Below, piece by piece: positions 41,706 to 55,582 of a stretch of DNA of 64,000 bases; the stretch's first letter is position 1, and every line of letters starts with the position of its first letter. Under the pieces are notes generated by a model. It was given only the letters and a program-made list of their open reading frames with translations. It did not search any database and was not told the DNA's origin. The translations under genes and the position numbers were made by a program. Source of the stretch: Eledone cirrhosa (taxonomy: Eukaryota); NCBI GenBank assembly GCA_964016885.1, contig OZ024750.1, positions 18,786,001-18,850,000 of the forward strand. Direction: 5' to 3'.

Positions 41706-42409
41706 ATGTATCTATATATGTATGTATGTATGAATATATGTATGTATGTATCCGGGAGAGATGACCCCTTAGCCTTTGTCAAAGCAGAATTCTAGGAGAA
41801 GGAAAACTCTGATATAACACCTGCAACCCTGATGGTATCCAATGATGTTGAGTTGTTCTTCTTTTTGGTAAATATCATCTTGGTTAAGAGAGTGGGACTG
41901 GCTTTGTGCAGTGCCTTTGCTCACTATAAAAGCTTCACGGCACAGGCATTGCTTTATATCTGGAGTTCTCTCTGCACTTGTCGTCACATGGTACCATGGG
42001 CCTAGCACTATGTGTCAATAATTGTCACAAGTGTAGTGTTTGTACCAGAGTTTTCAAGTCGCTGGCTGCACTAAAAAGTCACATTCGTTCAGCGCATCTG
42101 TAGGGGTTCTCCTACATGGATATAAAGTAGTGGCCGTACTCGAAAACGAGTTGGCAGCCACCATGTATGTGTGTATGTAGGTACATATATATGTATGAAT
42201 CAATGTATGTATGTATGTATGTAGGTACATATGTATGTATGTCTGTATGTATGAATATATGTATGTATGTGTGTATGTAGGTACATATATATGTATGTAT
42301 GAATATATGTATGTATGTATATATGTTTGTATGAATGTATATATGTATGTATGTGCATGTGTACATATGTATGTATGTATGTTTTTATGTATCCATGTAT
42401 GTATGTTTC

Positions 42410-42590
42410 TCTTAATTTCGAGTGGCAAAGTTGTTGAAGAAAAGAAATTGTCATCCTTTGAATAGCAAGAATATTCTAAATGTTCTTTTGAAGGTGCCAG
42501 GTATCGCAGCCATTTGTAGTCTATGAATTAGGGAGCTGCGTTCTTTGTCCACAAATCCAAGTTCAGTCATACTTTGGTCCAAGAGGGTTG
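42410..42590 (-). pseudogene. C-terminal fragment of a REL-type non-LTR element
   Basis: ...MTELGF...LIHRLQMAAIPGTFK..F resembles the LQKAxLxGTxKI terminus. Confidence 0.45.
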
Positions 42591-43272
42591 GTATATGTAT
42601 GTATCTGTGTGTGTGTGTGTGTGTTATTCTTCACTCTTTCACTATTATTACTCCAAGAATAACCTGCATAGGAATTCCTGGGAAGTCGCCACCTAACTAA
42701 GGAGTCAAACAACGCTGTACGTTAAAACTATCCACAATACAGAGTACTCACAACCTCTAACTGGATTACCTATAACGATAATTTGTTATCCCATATATAT
42801 ATATATATGTGTGTGTGTGTGTATATACACAGACACACACACACTAACATATATACATATATATATACATGTAATGAGTTAATCTTTTGTTACCAAAATG
42901 CCTGAAACTGCCCCTGTTAAGTTATGTTTTAAACATCAACTTAATAACGAGAAATAGCAATAAATTCCATCTAAATACAGACAAATCTTTCATTATTTTA
43001 AAAATTATTTTCAAAATCATAGGCGGTGACTTACATTAGAAATATGGTAATAAAAAGAGTAAAGTGTATATATTTATTAAAAATCCTTCCTCTATAATCT
43101 TATGTAATAACCTTTATTAATTTATGCTCCAAATATCAGCTTCATAAGGAGAAAGTTAGTTATTTTAATAAATTCCCTCCAAATTATTTATTTTAAAAAT
43201 TGTTTGGAAATCATAGTCAGTGTCTTTCATTTAAAATATGGTTATGAAGGAGTTAAAATGTTTATATTTATG

Positions 43273-43470
43273 CAGACCTTCTAACCCCTAAAAACCCAAA
43301 CAGGGAGTACCATGAAAAAAAGTGCCTCAAAATGGGGAGAAATGAGGTAAAATGGGGAGATTTTACATAATGAAAGCTATACCCATTTTCACAAGAGAAG
43401 ACATCTCTCACCCACCCCAATATGGGTGGGAGATCTTCCCGTCAGACAGGGAGAGTTGATGACAGGTCTG
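43273..43470. mobile_element. Small hAT-like MITE
   Basis: CAGACCT...AGGTCTG termini with near-duplicated flanks atttatg/atttaag. Confidence 0.4.
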
Positions 43471-43794
43471 ATTTAAGTAAAAACCTGCCATCCTAATTCT
43501 AAGAAAGAACTTTTATTAAGTTATGGTCTAAACACCTACTTGATAATGAGAAATTTAGTTATATTACTAAATTCCTTCGAGTACAATATTATTTTCAAAA
43601 TGATTTAAAATCATGAGTAATGTCCCTATATAAGAAATATAATAATGAAAGAGTTTATTTATATCTATCTAAAAACTTAGGCAATGTCTTACATAAAAAC
43701 AAATGACAAATGTATTTTTAGATATGTGGAATTCCCTCTATGAAAATGTAGGCCACAACAGAAGAAAACTTCATATAACATGATTCAATGATTA

Positions 43795-43804
43795 CAACAG
43801 CAGT

Positions 43805-43868
<64 letters not shown>

Positions 43869-45842
43869 GCAGCTGTAACAACATCAATGCCATCAGAAAC
43901 ACTACCACCACCACCAACACCTACAGCACCACCACCACCAACAACACCACAACCACCAACAACAACTACACCAACACTAACATCACCACCAACAGAAATA
44001 ACAACAACAGCAAAAACAACAACACCAACAACAACAACACCACAACCACCACCACCAACACCACCAACACCACCACCACCACCACCAACACCACCAACAC
44101 CATCACCAACACCACCACCACCACCACCAACACCACCAACACCACCACCAACACCACCAACACCACCACCAACACCACCACCAACAACAACAACAACACC
44201 ACAACCACCACCACCAACACCACCAACACCACCACCAACACCACCAACACCACCACCACCACCACCAACACCACCAATACCACCACCACCACCACCAACA
44301 CCACCAACACCACCAACACCACCAACACCAACACCACCACCAACACCACCACCAACACCACCATCACTACCACCAACACCACCAACACCACCACCACCAC
44401 CACCACCACCACCAACACTACCACCACCACCACCACCAACACCACCAATACCACCACCACCACCAACACCAACACCACCAACACCACCACCACCAACACC
44501 ACCAACACCACCACCAACACCACCAGCACCACCAACACCACCAACACCACCACCAACACCACCACCACCAACACCACCAACACCACCACCACCACCAACA
44601 CCAACACCACCACCAACACCACCACCAACACCACCAACACCACCACCAACACCACCAACACCACCAACACCACCAACACCACCACCACCAACACCACCAC
44701 CACCAACACCACCAACACCACCACCACCAACACCACCAACACCACCACCAACACCACCAACACCACCAATACCACCACCACCACCACCAACACCACCACC
44801 ACCACCAACACCACCGCCACCACCAATACCACCACCACCACCACCACCACCAACACCACCAATACCACCACCACCACCACCACCACCACCACCACCAACA
44901 GCAGCACCACCACCACCACCACCAACACCACCACCACCACCACCACCACCACCAACACTACCACCACCACCACCACCACCAACACCACCAATACCACCAC
45001 CACCACCACCACCATCACCACCACCACCACCACCACCACCAACAGCAGCACCACCACCACCACCACCACCACCACCACCACCACCACCACCAACACTACC
45101 ACCACCACCACCACCACCAACACCACCAATACCACCACCACTACCAACACCAACACCACCAACGCCACCACCACCAACACCACCAACACCACCACCAACA
45201 CCACCAGCACCACCAACACCACCACCAACACCACCAACACCACCAACACCACCACCACCAACACCAACACCACCACCAACACCACCACCAACACCACCAA
45301 CACCACCACCAACACCACCAACACCACCAACACCACCAACACCACCACCACCAACACCACCACCACCACCAACACCACCAACACCACCACCACCAACACC
45401 ACCAACACCACCACCAACACCACCAACACCACCAATACCACCACCACCACCACCACCACCAACACCACCAACACCACCACCACCAACACCACCAACACCA
45501 CCACCAACACCACCAACACCACCAACACCACCACCACCAACACCACCACCACCAACACCACCAACACCACCACCAACACCACCAACACCAACACTACCAC
45601 CACCAACACCACCACCACCACCAACACCACCACCACCACCAACACCACCACCACCACCAATACCACCACCACCACCACCACCAACACCACCACCACCACC
45701 AACACCACCACCACCACCACCAACACCAACACCACCACCAACACCACCACCAACACCAACACCACCACCAACACCACCACCAACACCACCACCACCACCA
45801 ACACCACCAACACCACCACCACCACCACCACCACCAACAACA
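43795..45842. repeat. 2-kb compound (CCA/ACA) trinucleotide repeat
   Basis: Almost pure xCA triplets, giving poly-Pro/Thr (+) and poly-Val/Leu (-) ORFs; internal higher-order duplications. Confidence 0.9.
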
Positions 45843-47042
45843 AGGAAATACAGGAAATACTAAACTATACTGTTCACATGAGTAAATTGTTTTGGTAGTT
45901 TAAATGAAACACGTTTATTTAGTGCAAAAAAAAACAAAAAAAACAGCAGATACAGTGAGACGTCAGCTGAGTTATTAATTGTTTCTACTTTAGTCACAAG
46001 GCCAGCAATTACTCAGTACATTACTGGTACTTTATTTTATCGACCCCGTAAGGATGAAAGGCAAAGTTAACCTGAGTTATTAATAAAAGGAGATTATACA
46101 CGTATTTATATTATAAAGTAATTCAACATAGCCATACTACATGTGTATATGTGTGTATATATATGTATATAATGTATATATATAATTGTTTCTACTTTAG
46201 TCACAAGGCCAGCAATTACCCAGTACATTACTGGTACTTTATTTTATCGACCCCGTAAGGATGAAAAGCAAAGTTAACCTCGGAGGGATTTGAACTCAGA
46301 TCATAAAGGGACGTAACTCTATGCTTCAAAGCATGGTGTCCGACTCCCTACAGATACTGCCAATCCACCGCCCTATGTATATATATAATGTGTGTGTGTT
46401 TATATATATATAAATATAGAGAGACACACACAAATACAGACATACATATGCGTATACACGCACACACATTCCTTTTCTGTTTGGTAGTAGACTTCATCAA
46501 AGATTATATATGAAAGAGAAGATAGCAACTATACACTGTATACTATATCATATATATTAGTCATATTGTCAATGCAAAATAAACTTTAATATTTACTTTA
46601 GATTCATTATATAATAGTATACGGGAAAATAAATTTAAATATCTACTTTAGATTCTTTAATAGTATAATGGAAAATAAACTTAAATATTTACTTTAATAA
46701 TTGTTTCTACGTTAGGCACAAGGCCATCAATTACCCAGTACATTACTGGTACTTTATTTTATCGACCCCCGTAAGGATGAAAGGCAAAGTTAACCTTGGC
46801 GGGATTTGAACTCAGAAAGGCAAGGGCCGTAACTCTATACGTCAAAGCATGGCGTCCGACCCTCTACCAATACTGCCAATCCACCGCCAAGGCCAGTGAT
46901 TTACTGGTACTTTATTTTATTGACCCCGTAAGGATAAAAAGCAAAGTTAACCTTGGCGGGATTTGAACTCAGAACGTAAATGTGTCATAACTCTGCAAAG
47001 CATGGTGTCTCACGCTCTACTGATACTGCCAATCCACCACCT

Positions 47043-47081
<39 letters not shown>

Positions 47082-47082
47082 T

Positions 47083-48120
47083 GTCGATAGACTCTACCTA
47101 AGGAGATCTGAGGGTGGAAGAGGTCTTATCAGCATAGAGGACTGTGTTCAGATGGAGAAAAACAACCTATACAAATACGTGACCTATAGTAAGGAGCCAA
47201 TGCTCAGAGCTGTACTGAAGGAGGGGACAGTAGGCCAGGGGATACCCAAGGAGGAAATAACATCAAGGAGGAAGAGCAGCCTTAAGGGAAAATCCCTTCA
47301 TAGTACCTTCTTTGAGAAAACTGAATTTAGAGATCCACAGACATGGAACTGGTTGAGAAGAGGAGACCTCAAAAAGGCTACAGAAGGAATGCTAATGGCT
47401 GCGCAGGAGCAGGCCCTCAAAACGAAGTGGTTGAAGCACCATATCTACAAGGAGGAGGCTAGCCCACTGTGCAGGATCTGTGGAGAGAGAGAGGAGACTG
47501 TGGCTCACATTGTGTCCGAGTGTAAACACCTAGCCCAGACCCACTATAAGGGCTGGAGACACGATGTGATGGGCAGGGTGATCCACTGGCACCTGTGCAA
47601 AGTAAACAATCTACCACATTCTGAGAAATGGTATGAGCATAGGCCAGAGGCGGTGATGGAGAACAGTCAGGTGAAGGTGCTGTGGGATTTTAGGATACAG
47701 ACGGACAAAAAACTGGAACACAATAGACCTGACCTGGTGGTTGTGGACAAAGAAAAAAGATCGTGCCTGATTGTGGATGTGGCCTGCCCGTTCGACACGA
47801 GAGTGCAAGAGAAGGAGAGGGAGAAAATTAACCGATACCAGGACCTAAAGTGGGAGGTGAAAAGGATTTGGAACTGCCATGAAGTCAAAGTGATCCCGAT
47901 TGTCATAGGCGCACTGGGGACTATCTCCAAAGGTTTCCAGGGATGGTTAAAGAAAATCGGCTCCTTCACGCTTTTTGGAACGCTTCAAAAGGCATGCTTG
48001 CTTGGAACGGCAAGAACCCTCCGATACGTCCTGAATATCTGAGGCTGCAGGTAGTGGCTTGATATTCAATCCAACGGACTTTCCAGTTAACCAACATCAA
48101 TGACTGAGATTCAAGGAATA
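47083..48120 (+). mobile_element. 5'-truncated R4/Dong-clade non-LTR retrotransposon with intact C-terminal ORF (CCHC knuckle and restriction-like endonuclease)
   Basis: ORF 47152-48042: CRICGEREETVAHIVSEC, RHD, RPDLVVVDK...IVDVACPFD...EKINRY, LQKACLLGTARTLR. (AAT)n on both sides. Confidence 0.9.
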
Positions 48121-48559
48121 ACAATAACAATAATAATAATAATAATAATAATAATGAAATTATTGTGTACAGTGCTCAGGTGCACTACAACTCATCAAAG
48201 ATGCATATATAGTACATAAAATAATTGTTTCTACTATTGGTACAAGGCCAGCAATTACCCTGTAGATTACTGGTACTTTATTTTATCGACCCCGTGAGGA
48301 TGAAAGGCAAAGTTAACCTCGGAGGGATTTGAACTCAGAATGGCAAGGGCCGTAACGCTATGCGTCAAAGCATGGCGTCCGACCCTCTACCGATACTGCC
48401 AATCTCAGGAAAGTGAACAGTGTATGAGTCATGATATACATGTGTGCGTGTGTATGGAGGGGGATATCAGATGTAGTGTTCAGGAAGCATGGAGGTTTTA
48501 AAGGATGCAGTATCCCGACAGCTAACAACTGATGGAAAATAGTATATGGGAAAATGAAG

Positions 48560-48920
48560 TTTATAGCTCATACCTATGTAGATTTAGCTGGTCTCCTATG
48601 AAGTTACATCTTATAAAAGGTTGTTTCTTGGATGTTTTGATGATAAGGGTCTCAGTTCTATCATACATGCACAATATATATGCTGAAACATCTCACACGT
48701 ATGTAGGTTTAGCTATCTTCCTATCAGGTTGCATCTCAAGAGAAGTTTCTTGAATGTTTTAATTACAGGGACTCCATTCCTAGCATGCTGTGTGTGTGTG
48801 TGTCCTTGTTACAGCTCACATTACACTTATGTAGGTTTAAATAACTTCCTATCAGGTTGCATCTCATGAGAAGTTTCTGGGTTGTTTTAATGAGAGAAAT
48901 TTCAGTCCTATCATGTAAAG
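48560..48920. repeat. ~125-bp degenerate tandem repeat; related units at ~2380-2500 and ~10070-10270 (-)
   Basis: Recurrent atgtaggtttagct..cctatcaggttgcatctc..gtttct..gttttaatga..cagtcctatcatg. Confidence 0.55.
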
Positions 48921-51900
48921 CAATGTGAAATGAAGTGTCTTGCTCAAAAATATAATGTGCCATTCAGTCCAGGAATTGAATCTATTACTTTATGATCATG
49001 AATTCAATATTCTAACCACTAGTATTGTTGTGTAAATGCTGGGTCTGGCCTTATCGGACCAGGTGATGCATTGTGTCCTTGAGCAAGACACTTTAATTTT
49101 CACATTGCTGCATCTGCCTGGAGTTGCGATCAGCAGATAGTATCAGCAATGGAAAGTCCAATGGCAACATTGTTTGCTTGGTCTGATCTGATGAGAGCCA
49201 CCCCACTCAGCAAGCGAATGAGGTCTGGGATATTGTCGATCAATCAGGGTGGCAATATATGACTGAGAGATTAAGAAATTCATTTTACAATCACAAGACA
49301 TCGAGTTCAATTCTACTACATGGGATTTCAGGCAGGTGTCTCAGGTCAACCCAACCATTGTGAATGGAACTGGGCAAACGAAAACTATGTGGAAGCTCAT
49401 CAAATTAATTATGGATTCTAATTGTAATTCTATATCCCTAAATTCTTCATTTATTAATTAAAATGAAAGTATTTCATTAGAAATATTATTGTTGATATAA
49501 GACGCATCTGATACAAATGCCATCTTAATAATGAAATAATTGATAATTTTAATAAATTCCTCTAAATTCTCCATTAATTAATCAAAATACAGAGTATTGT
49601 AATCGATATAAAACATTTTAAGTTATGTCACCTCCACCACTACCACCACCATCACCATCATCATCATCATCATTTAATGTCTGTTTTCCTTGCTAGCAAG
49701 GGTTTGACATGTCATCACAGACAAGTTGGTACTCATGTAGACCCCTGTCAGGCCTCTTGGTGGGCTCGGTCATAATACATGATACTGTGATCTACCAAGT
49801 GAATTTTATAATGGAATTTATCAATAATTTAATAAATTCTTCCAAATACTTTCATTGATTAATTCAAATACAATGTATGCCAACAGAAATATAATCATGA
49901 AAGGGTTAAGGCCATTTTCCCTACTAAAGTAGGAGTTAACCTTGTGAGTCACATGAAAGACTTCATACTCATCATAGGGTTCTTTTTAAGACAATGTACT
50001 ACAACCTTATGCCCTCCATAGTGCCCACACTTCTTGTTACATTTTACAATCACTGTTTTGCCATATTTAGCTCTTTGCCTCTCAAATTCGTAGTTATTTT
50101 CAAAATTATTCAAAAATCATAAAAAATTATTGTTTCTACTTTTGGCACAAGGCCAGCAATTATCCCAGTGCATTACTGGAGCTTTATTTTATCGACCCCG
50201 TAAGGATGAAAGGTAAAGCTAACCTTGAAGGGATTTGAACTTGGGTGTGAGGCACTTGTTCCTTCACTGTTGGAGCAGTCTCATTTCATTTACGTACGTC
50301 ATTGATGTTTACGAAATAACAAACATAGGCGTCATAACAACATTCTGTTTTACCTTAAAAACAACAGCAACAACTATTGGGCGGTGTAAAGCTTGTATAA
50401 CAATTGTTTCTACTTTTTGATACAAGACCAGCAATTACCCCAGTGCATTACTGGTGCTTTATTTTATCGACCCCGTAAGGATGAAAGGCAAAGTTAACCT
50501 CAACGGGATTTGAACTCAAACCGTAAAGGGCCGTAACTCTATGCTGCAAAACATGGCGTCTGACCTCTACCGATACTGCCAATCTACCGACTGGAAATGA
50601 AAGGATTAATAATTGTTTCTACTTTTGGCCCAAAGCCAGCAATTATCCCAGTGCATTACTGGTACTTTATTTTATCAACCCCGTAAGGATGAAAGGCAAA
50701 GTAAACCTCAGCGGGATTTGAACTCAGATCATAAAGGGCCGTAACTCCATGCTGCAGAGCATGGCGTCCAACCCTGTACTGATACTGCCAATGAAAGTAT
50801 TAATAATTGTTTCTACTTTTTGGCACAAGGCCAGCAATTATCCCAGTGTATTACTGGTACTTTATTTTATCGACCTCGTAAGGATGAAAGGCAAAGTTAA
50901 CCTCGGCGGGATTTGAACTCAGTTCGTAAAGGGACATAACTGTGCTGCAAAGCATGGCGTCCAACCCTCTACCGATACTGCCAATCCACTGCCCTAGGTG
51001 AAAGGATTAATAATGATTTCTAATTTAACTACATGGCCAGCAACCTACAGAGAGGGGAACGGTGATTATATTGATTACAGTTCTTTACTGGTGCTTTCAT
51101 TAATCGACCCCAGAAGGATGAAAGGCAAAGTTGACCTTGGCAGGATTTGAATTCAGAATGCAAAGGGCTGTAACTCTATGTTGCAAATCGTTGTCCTCAG
51201 CAAAGTTCATTTTGGCAGGATTAATGATAAAAAGGTCACCTATTTAACTAAAACCTTCTAAATTCTTGATTATTTTTTAAATGAGTTGAAATATAAGAAG
51301 TCTATTTCATTAGAAATATGATTACAAATGGATGACTGACAGGTTGGCATGTTTGTGAATTAACCCATTTATTACCAAATTGCCTGAAGTTGCCCCTTGT
51401 TTTATGATACAAAACTATTTATTTTAAAGTGTTTATACCTATCTAAAAAAAAAACATTTCTAATGAAGGACACTACTTATGAAGAATTTGGTATGGGTAA
51501 AGTAATATAACTAACTTTCTCATTATCAAGTTGGTGTTTTGGAACATAACTTAACAAAGGTTCTTATATAAATTTATGCTGGAAGGAATTTAGATAAATA
51601 TAAAATAAACAGCCTTGTACCAGGATCAATTTCAGGCGGTTTGGTATCAAAATTATATAGGTTTTTGCCAAGTCATGTTGTACTGAATTTGAAATTCAAT
51701 TACATATCTATATATTTGGAATGAGATAATCTCTGATATTGTTATCTGGGTGTCTAGTCTTATCTTTTATGTTTCAGTCCACCCAAAAGTCTCCATAAGA
51801 ACTGTTGTGGTGTAATGACAAAGATTCTGAGTAACAAAGCTTTTGCCTTTGAAGTGTTCCAATTGGTATAACGTATATACTGGATGTATGTGTGCATGTA

Positions 51901-52149
51901 TGTATATTTAAGTGTGTTTGTGTGTGTATATGTATATATATTTTTTCTGTTATAAGATGTTATTTTAACTCAGCCCCACTTTAATTTTTAATAGATATTA
52001 ATTTCAAAACTTATATCCAAAACATAACTATTTATCTGATGAACAAGCTGGACATTTCTGTAAGGATTATCTAGTTTCCTGAAACCTTTGGTAATGGAAT
52101 AATTATATTGTGTTGTTTATTATGTAATTAAATAGCTCTGTACTATACA

Positions 52150-53074
52150 TAAAGCACTCTTCTTTCCTTTACGTTTCTTGACTAATGCCTCTTTCAGTTT
52201 CCTTAAAACATTTGCATAGTAAGCTCTTGTCAGTTCTTTGACCTTCAAGATAATCTATTAGTATCACCCCATCTGAATCACAGAAAATGGTGGCCATCAC
52301 TTTTTTATCCGACTTTTGAGATTTGAACTTGATTGGCCCCGATGATCCACGTGGAAGCCACTGTTTTGACTGCTGTTTGGATTCAGGATCATACTGGTAG
52401 ATCCAGGTTTCATCTCCGGTGATGATTCTGGTCAGGAAATGCTCTTCATCAACTTCAATTTTGTTTAATATCGCCAAAGACAGATCACTTTGAAGAATCA
52501 GCTGATCAGGGCGCAACGTTTTTGGGACCCATCGCACTGAAAGCTTGTTTAGTCCCAAATTATCGTGCAGAATTGAATTTGCCGAACCACATGAAATGTC
52601 TAGGGACTTAGCTAACTGATTAACTGTTATTCTTCGATCTTCTTCAATTAAAGTCTGAGCAGCCTCAACGTTTGGTCATTTTTTGATGTTCCTAGTCTTC
52701 CACTGCAATGGTTGTCTTCAAGGTCGTCTCTCCCTTGTTTGAATCAATGAATCCACTTGTAGACAGCAGTTTTCTTTGGAGCAGTAGTACTGTAAACTTT
52801 AACTAAAGCCTCCATAATCTGTGTCCCTTTCCATTTGAGTTCCACCAGAAACTTGATATTCGATCTTATCTCAAAATAACTATTTTCCATTGTTCCAAAA
52901 AGAGTTTTTTTTAAAGAGTGTCAGTACTGTACAATAGTCCGCGCATGACTGACTGCAAGTGACTAATAGCAAGGTAAACACTCAGTGACAATGTTGCGAC
53001 ATGTTTAATATTGTTTTAACCTATTTTTTTCTTACTACGATAAAATTCCGCAAACTTTTTGATCCCCCCTCGTA
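52150..53074 (-). mobile_element. Mariner transposon, 5' part (transposase pseudogene)
   Basis: TA-flanked TIR TACGAGGGGGGATCAAAAAGTTTGCGG; ATG at 52890; HTH, WVPKTL, IITGDETW, KVMATIF; stop and frameshift; 3' truncated. Confidence 0.9.
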
Positions 53075-53281
53075 TAATGAACACACCTGCATTTTCTCGA
53101 AGAATTTTTTTTGGTTTCTACCATTGTTAACTCTTCTCTATCTTCCTATTTCTTCTGTAATTTCCATTTTCTGGTGAAACCTTAACATTTTTCCAACTAA
53201 AGCATGTGACTAACATATGTCTTCATTATCTGTATGTTGTTTTTTCCATTCAGTTTCCATACACACACACTCACACATACG

Positions 53282-53308
<27 letters not shown>

Positions 53309-53312
<4 letters not shown>

Positions 53313-53529
53313 ATCAGGAAAGAAGGTTGACATGGTTTGTCAACCTTCTTTCCTGATTTATTATTACTCCAAGTGTTTACAACATAGGAATTACAACATA
53401 CCCGCCGCATCACTATGAAAACGCCTTGTTGAGTCAAATCAAGCCAAGCGTTGATATCATCCACTACCTGGAATACCATAACTGGACTATACCTAAGTGG
53501 ACTGCATTTAACTATTATTTTTTACCCCG
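53309..53529 (+). mobile_element. Hairpin-plus-tail element (24-bp arms)
   Basis: aaatcaggaaagaaggttgaca/tgtcaaccttctttcctgattt. The tail resembles 42640-42793 (tattattactccaag...cataggaatt). Confidence 0.65.
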
Positions 53530-53568
53530 TATATATATATATATATATATAAGTACATACAGTTGTCC

Positions 53569-53790
53569 ACCAGTATTCGTGGGGATTACTTTCTTAGAGC
53601 ACCCGCAAAGAGTGAAAGACCGTGAATATTGGACATGGTCCATAAAAATTCTTATAAACATCAAAACATAACATCAAATATAGGCCAGCAAATACGGTAT
53701 ATTGGTATTTATAATTTAGCATTAAAAAGCATGAAAAAATATATATTGCCACAAAAAAAGCCATTAAAAAATTGCAGAAGATATTTATGA
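53569..53790 (+). mobile_element. Tigger/pogo-like DNA transposon end
   Basis: TA-CAGTTGTCCACCAGTATTCGTGGGGATT resembles MER2/Tigger TIRs. Confidence 0.5.
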
Positions 53791-53799
53791 TTCTGCAAA

Positions 53800-54290
53800 C
53801 ATGCGGTGGTTTCCGTTCATATCTATAATATGTCCTATATGGCCCCGACTCCTCGGCCTGTTCCACCCAAGGCAACATGTACCAGAACACTGACCTCATT
53901 GGTGAAATGTGTCCCCTCTCCATCATGGCCTAGATCATGCGATGGTGTCTCTCCATGATTCCATTTCCACTTGGCCTGTACGTCACTCTGAAGAAGCTGC
54001 TCACATTCCACCCATCCAGCATCTCTTTCAGCACCTCCGAGTGAAATAACGTACTGTTATCCATCAACAGTTCATCCACAGCCCCCCACCAAGAATATCT
54101 CTTTCAGCATCCATGCAATTTTCTTCGCAGCCCTCTCCATATTGCCATCTGCCCCGCTCTGCAATCACCCATTGAGAGATATGTCTCCTGTTAGTAATGT
54201 GTCACATCCACCGCCAATAGCTTCTAGTTGTGCTCCACTGGGATGTTACTCATCTCGTCCTTGACTGTGACACCCCTTATTTCCAGAGTG
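53800..54290 (-). pseudogene. Gypsy-type LTR retrotransposon integrase fragment
   Basis: LAVDVTHY, VDELLMDNST.F.S, YRPSGNGIMERHHR (DDE core), with stops and frameshifts. Confidence 0.8.
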
Positions 54291-55219
54291 GCCCCTAGTG
54301 CTATGCTGCTAGTATCACACCATACATATGTTTTTATGTATACAGAATATAATTGTTTCTACTTTTAGGCACAAGGACAGCAATTACCCAGTGCATTACT
54401 GGTACTTTATTTTATCGACCCCGTAAGGATGAAAGGCAAAGTCAACCTCGGCGGGATTTGAACTCAGATCATAAAGGGACGTAACTATGCTGGAAAGCAT
54501 GGCGTCCGACCCTCCACCGATACTGCCAATCCACCGCCCTAATGTATACAGAATATAATGAAAACCTGGAGGCATTCATAGAGTGGATATATATATCATC
54601 ATCATCATCATCATCAACGTTTAACGTCCGTGTTCCACGCTTGCATGGGTTTGGACGGGGGTATTTTCCACTTGAGGCAAGAGTGATTGTCTTGCTCGCA
54701 TAGGACTGTCTGGCGGGTTTTCTACAGCTGGATGCCCTTCCTAACACCAACCACATTTACAGTGTGGGGCTGGGAGGTTTTTACCGTGTTGCCTACACGG
54801 CCACATTACAGCGTGGACTGTCTGGCGGGTTTTCTACAGCTGGATGCCCTTCCTAACACCAACCACATTTACAGTGTGGGGCTGGGAGGTTTTTACCGTG
54901 TTGCCTACACGGCCACATTACAGCGTGGAATGTGTGTTTTTTTGTCGTGACACCTACACAATCTCATTTGTTTCGGCCTGGATGTTGTGGCACCAACATA
55001 ACTTTACATTGAAAGGGGTGGTGTGGATGGGGTGGGGGTGGTGGGACGGGGGTGTATATATGAAAAGACAGACAAACAAATATATTTGCAATAACAGGTT
55101 TGTCTTTCATTATTACGACCTACAGACATACGCACACCAATTCATGGTTGCACAAATACAAAAGCATGTGCTACATAAGTTAACATGAAAGTGAATGAGA
55201 CAAAAATATGAACTGTTTC

Positions 55220-55250
<31 letters not shown>

Positions 55251-55582
55251 TTCCTTGAGCAAGACACTTTATTTCACATTGCTCCAGTTTACTCAGCTGT
55301 AGAAATGAGATGGTAGGACTGGGGTCCCTATCATTCCACTGCAAAGTGGTCGTGTAGGTGCCACAGCAAAAAAGCACCCAGCACTCACTGTAAATGAGGT
55401 TGGTGTTAGGAAGGGCATCCAGCTGTAGAAATCAAGCCAGAATCAGTTCCCGTCCCACCCTTGCAAGCAGGGAAAACCGGACGTAAAATGAAATGATGAA
55501 ATGATGATGATGATATATATATATATATAGTAATAATTGTTTCTACGTTAGGCACAAGGCCAGCAATTACCCAGTGCATTAC

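Noticed and set aside
43966-45843. 625-aa poly-Val/Leu ORF on the minus strand
   Set aside because: Antisense reading of the CCA/ACA repeat; stop-free by composition.
47152-48042. 296-aa ORF as a host nuclease gene
   Set aside because: CCHC, RHD and PD-D-K motifs, 5' truncation and the microsatellite tail identify it as a non-LTR retrotransposon fragment.
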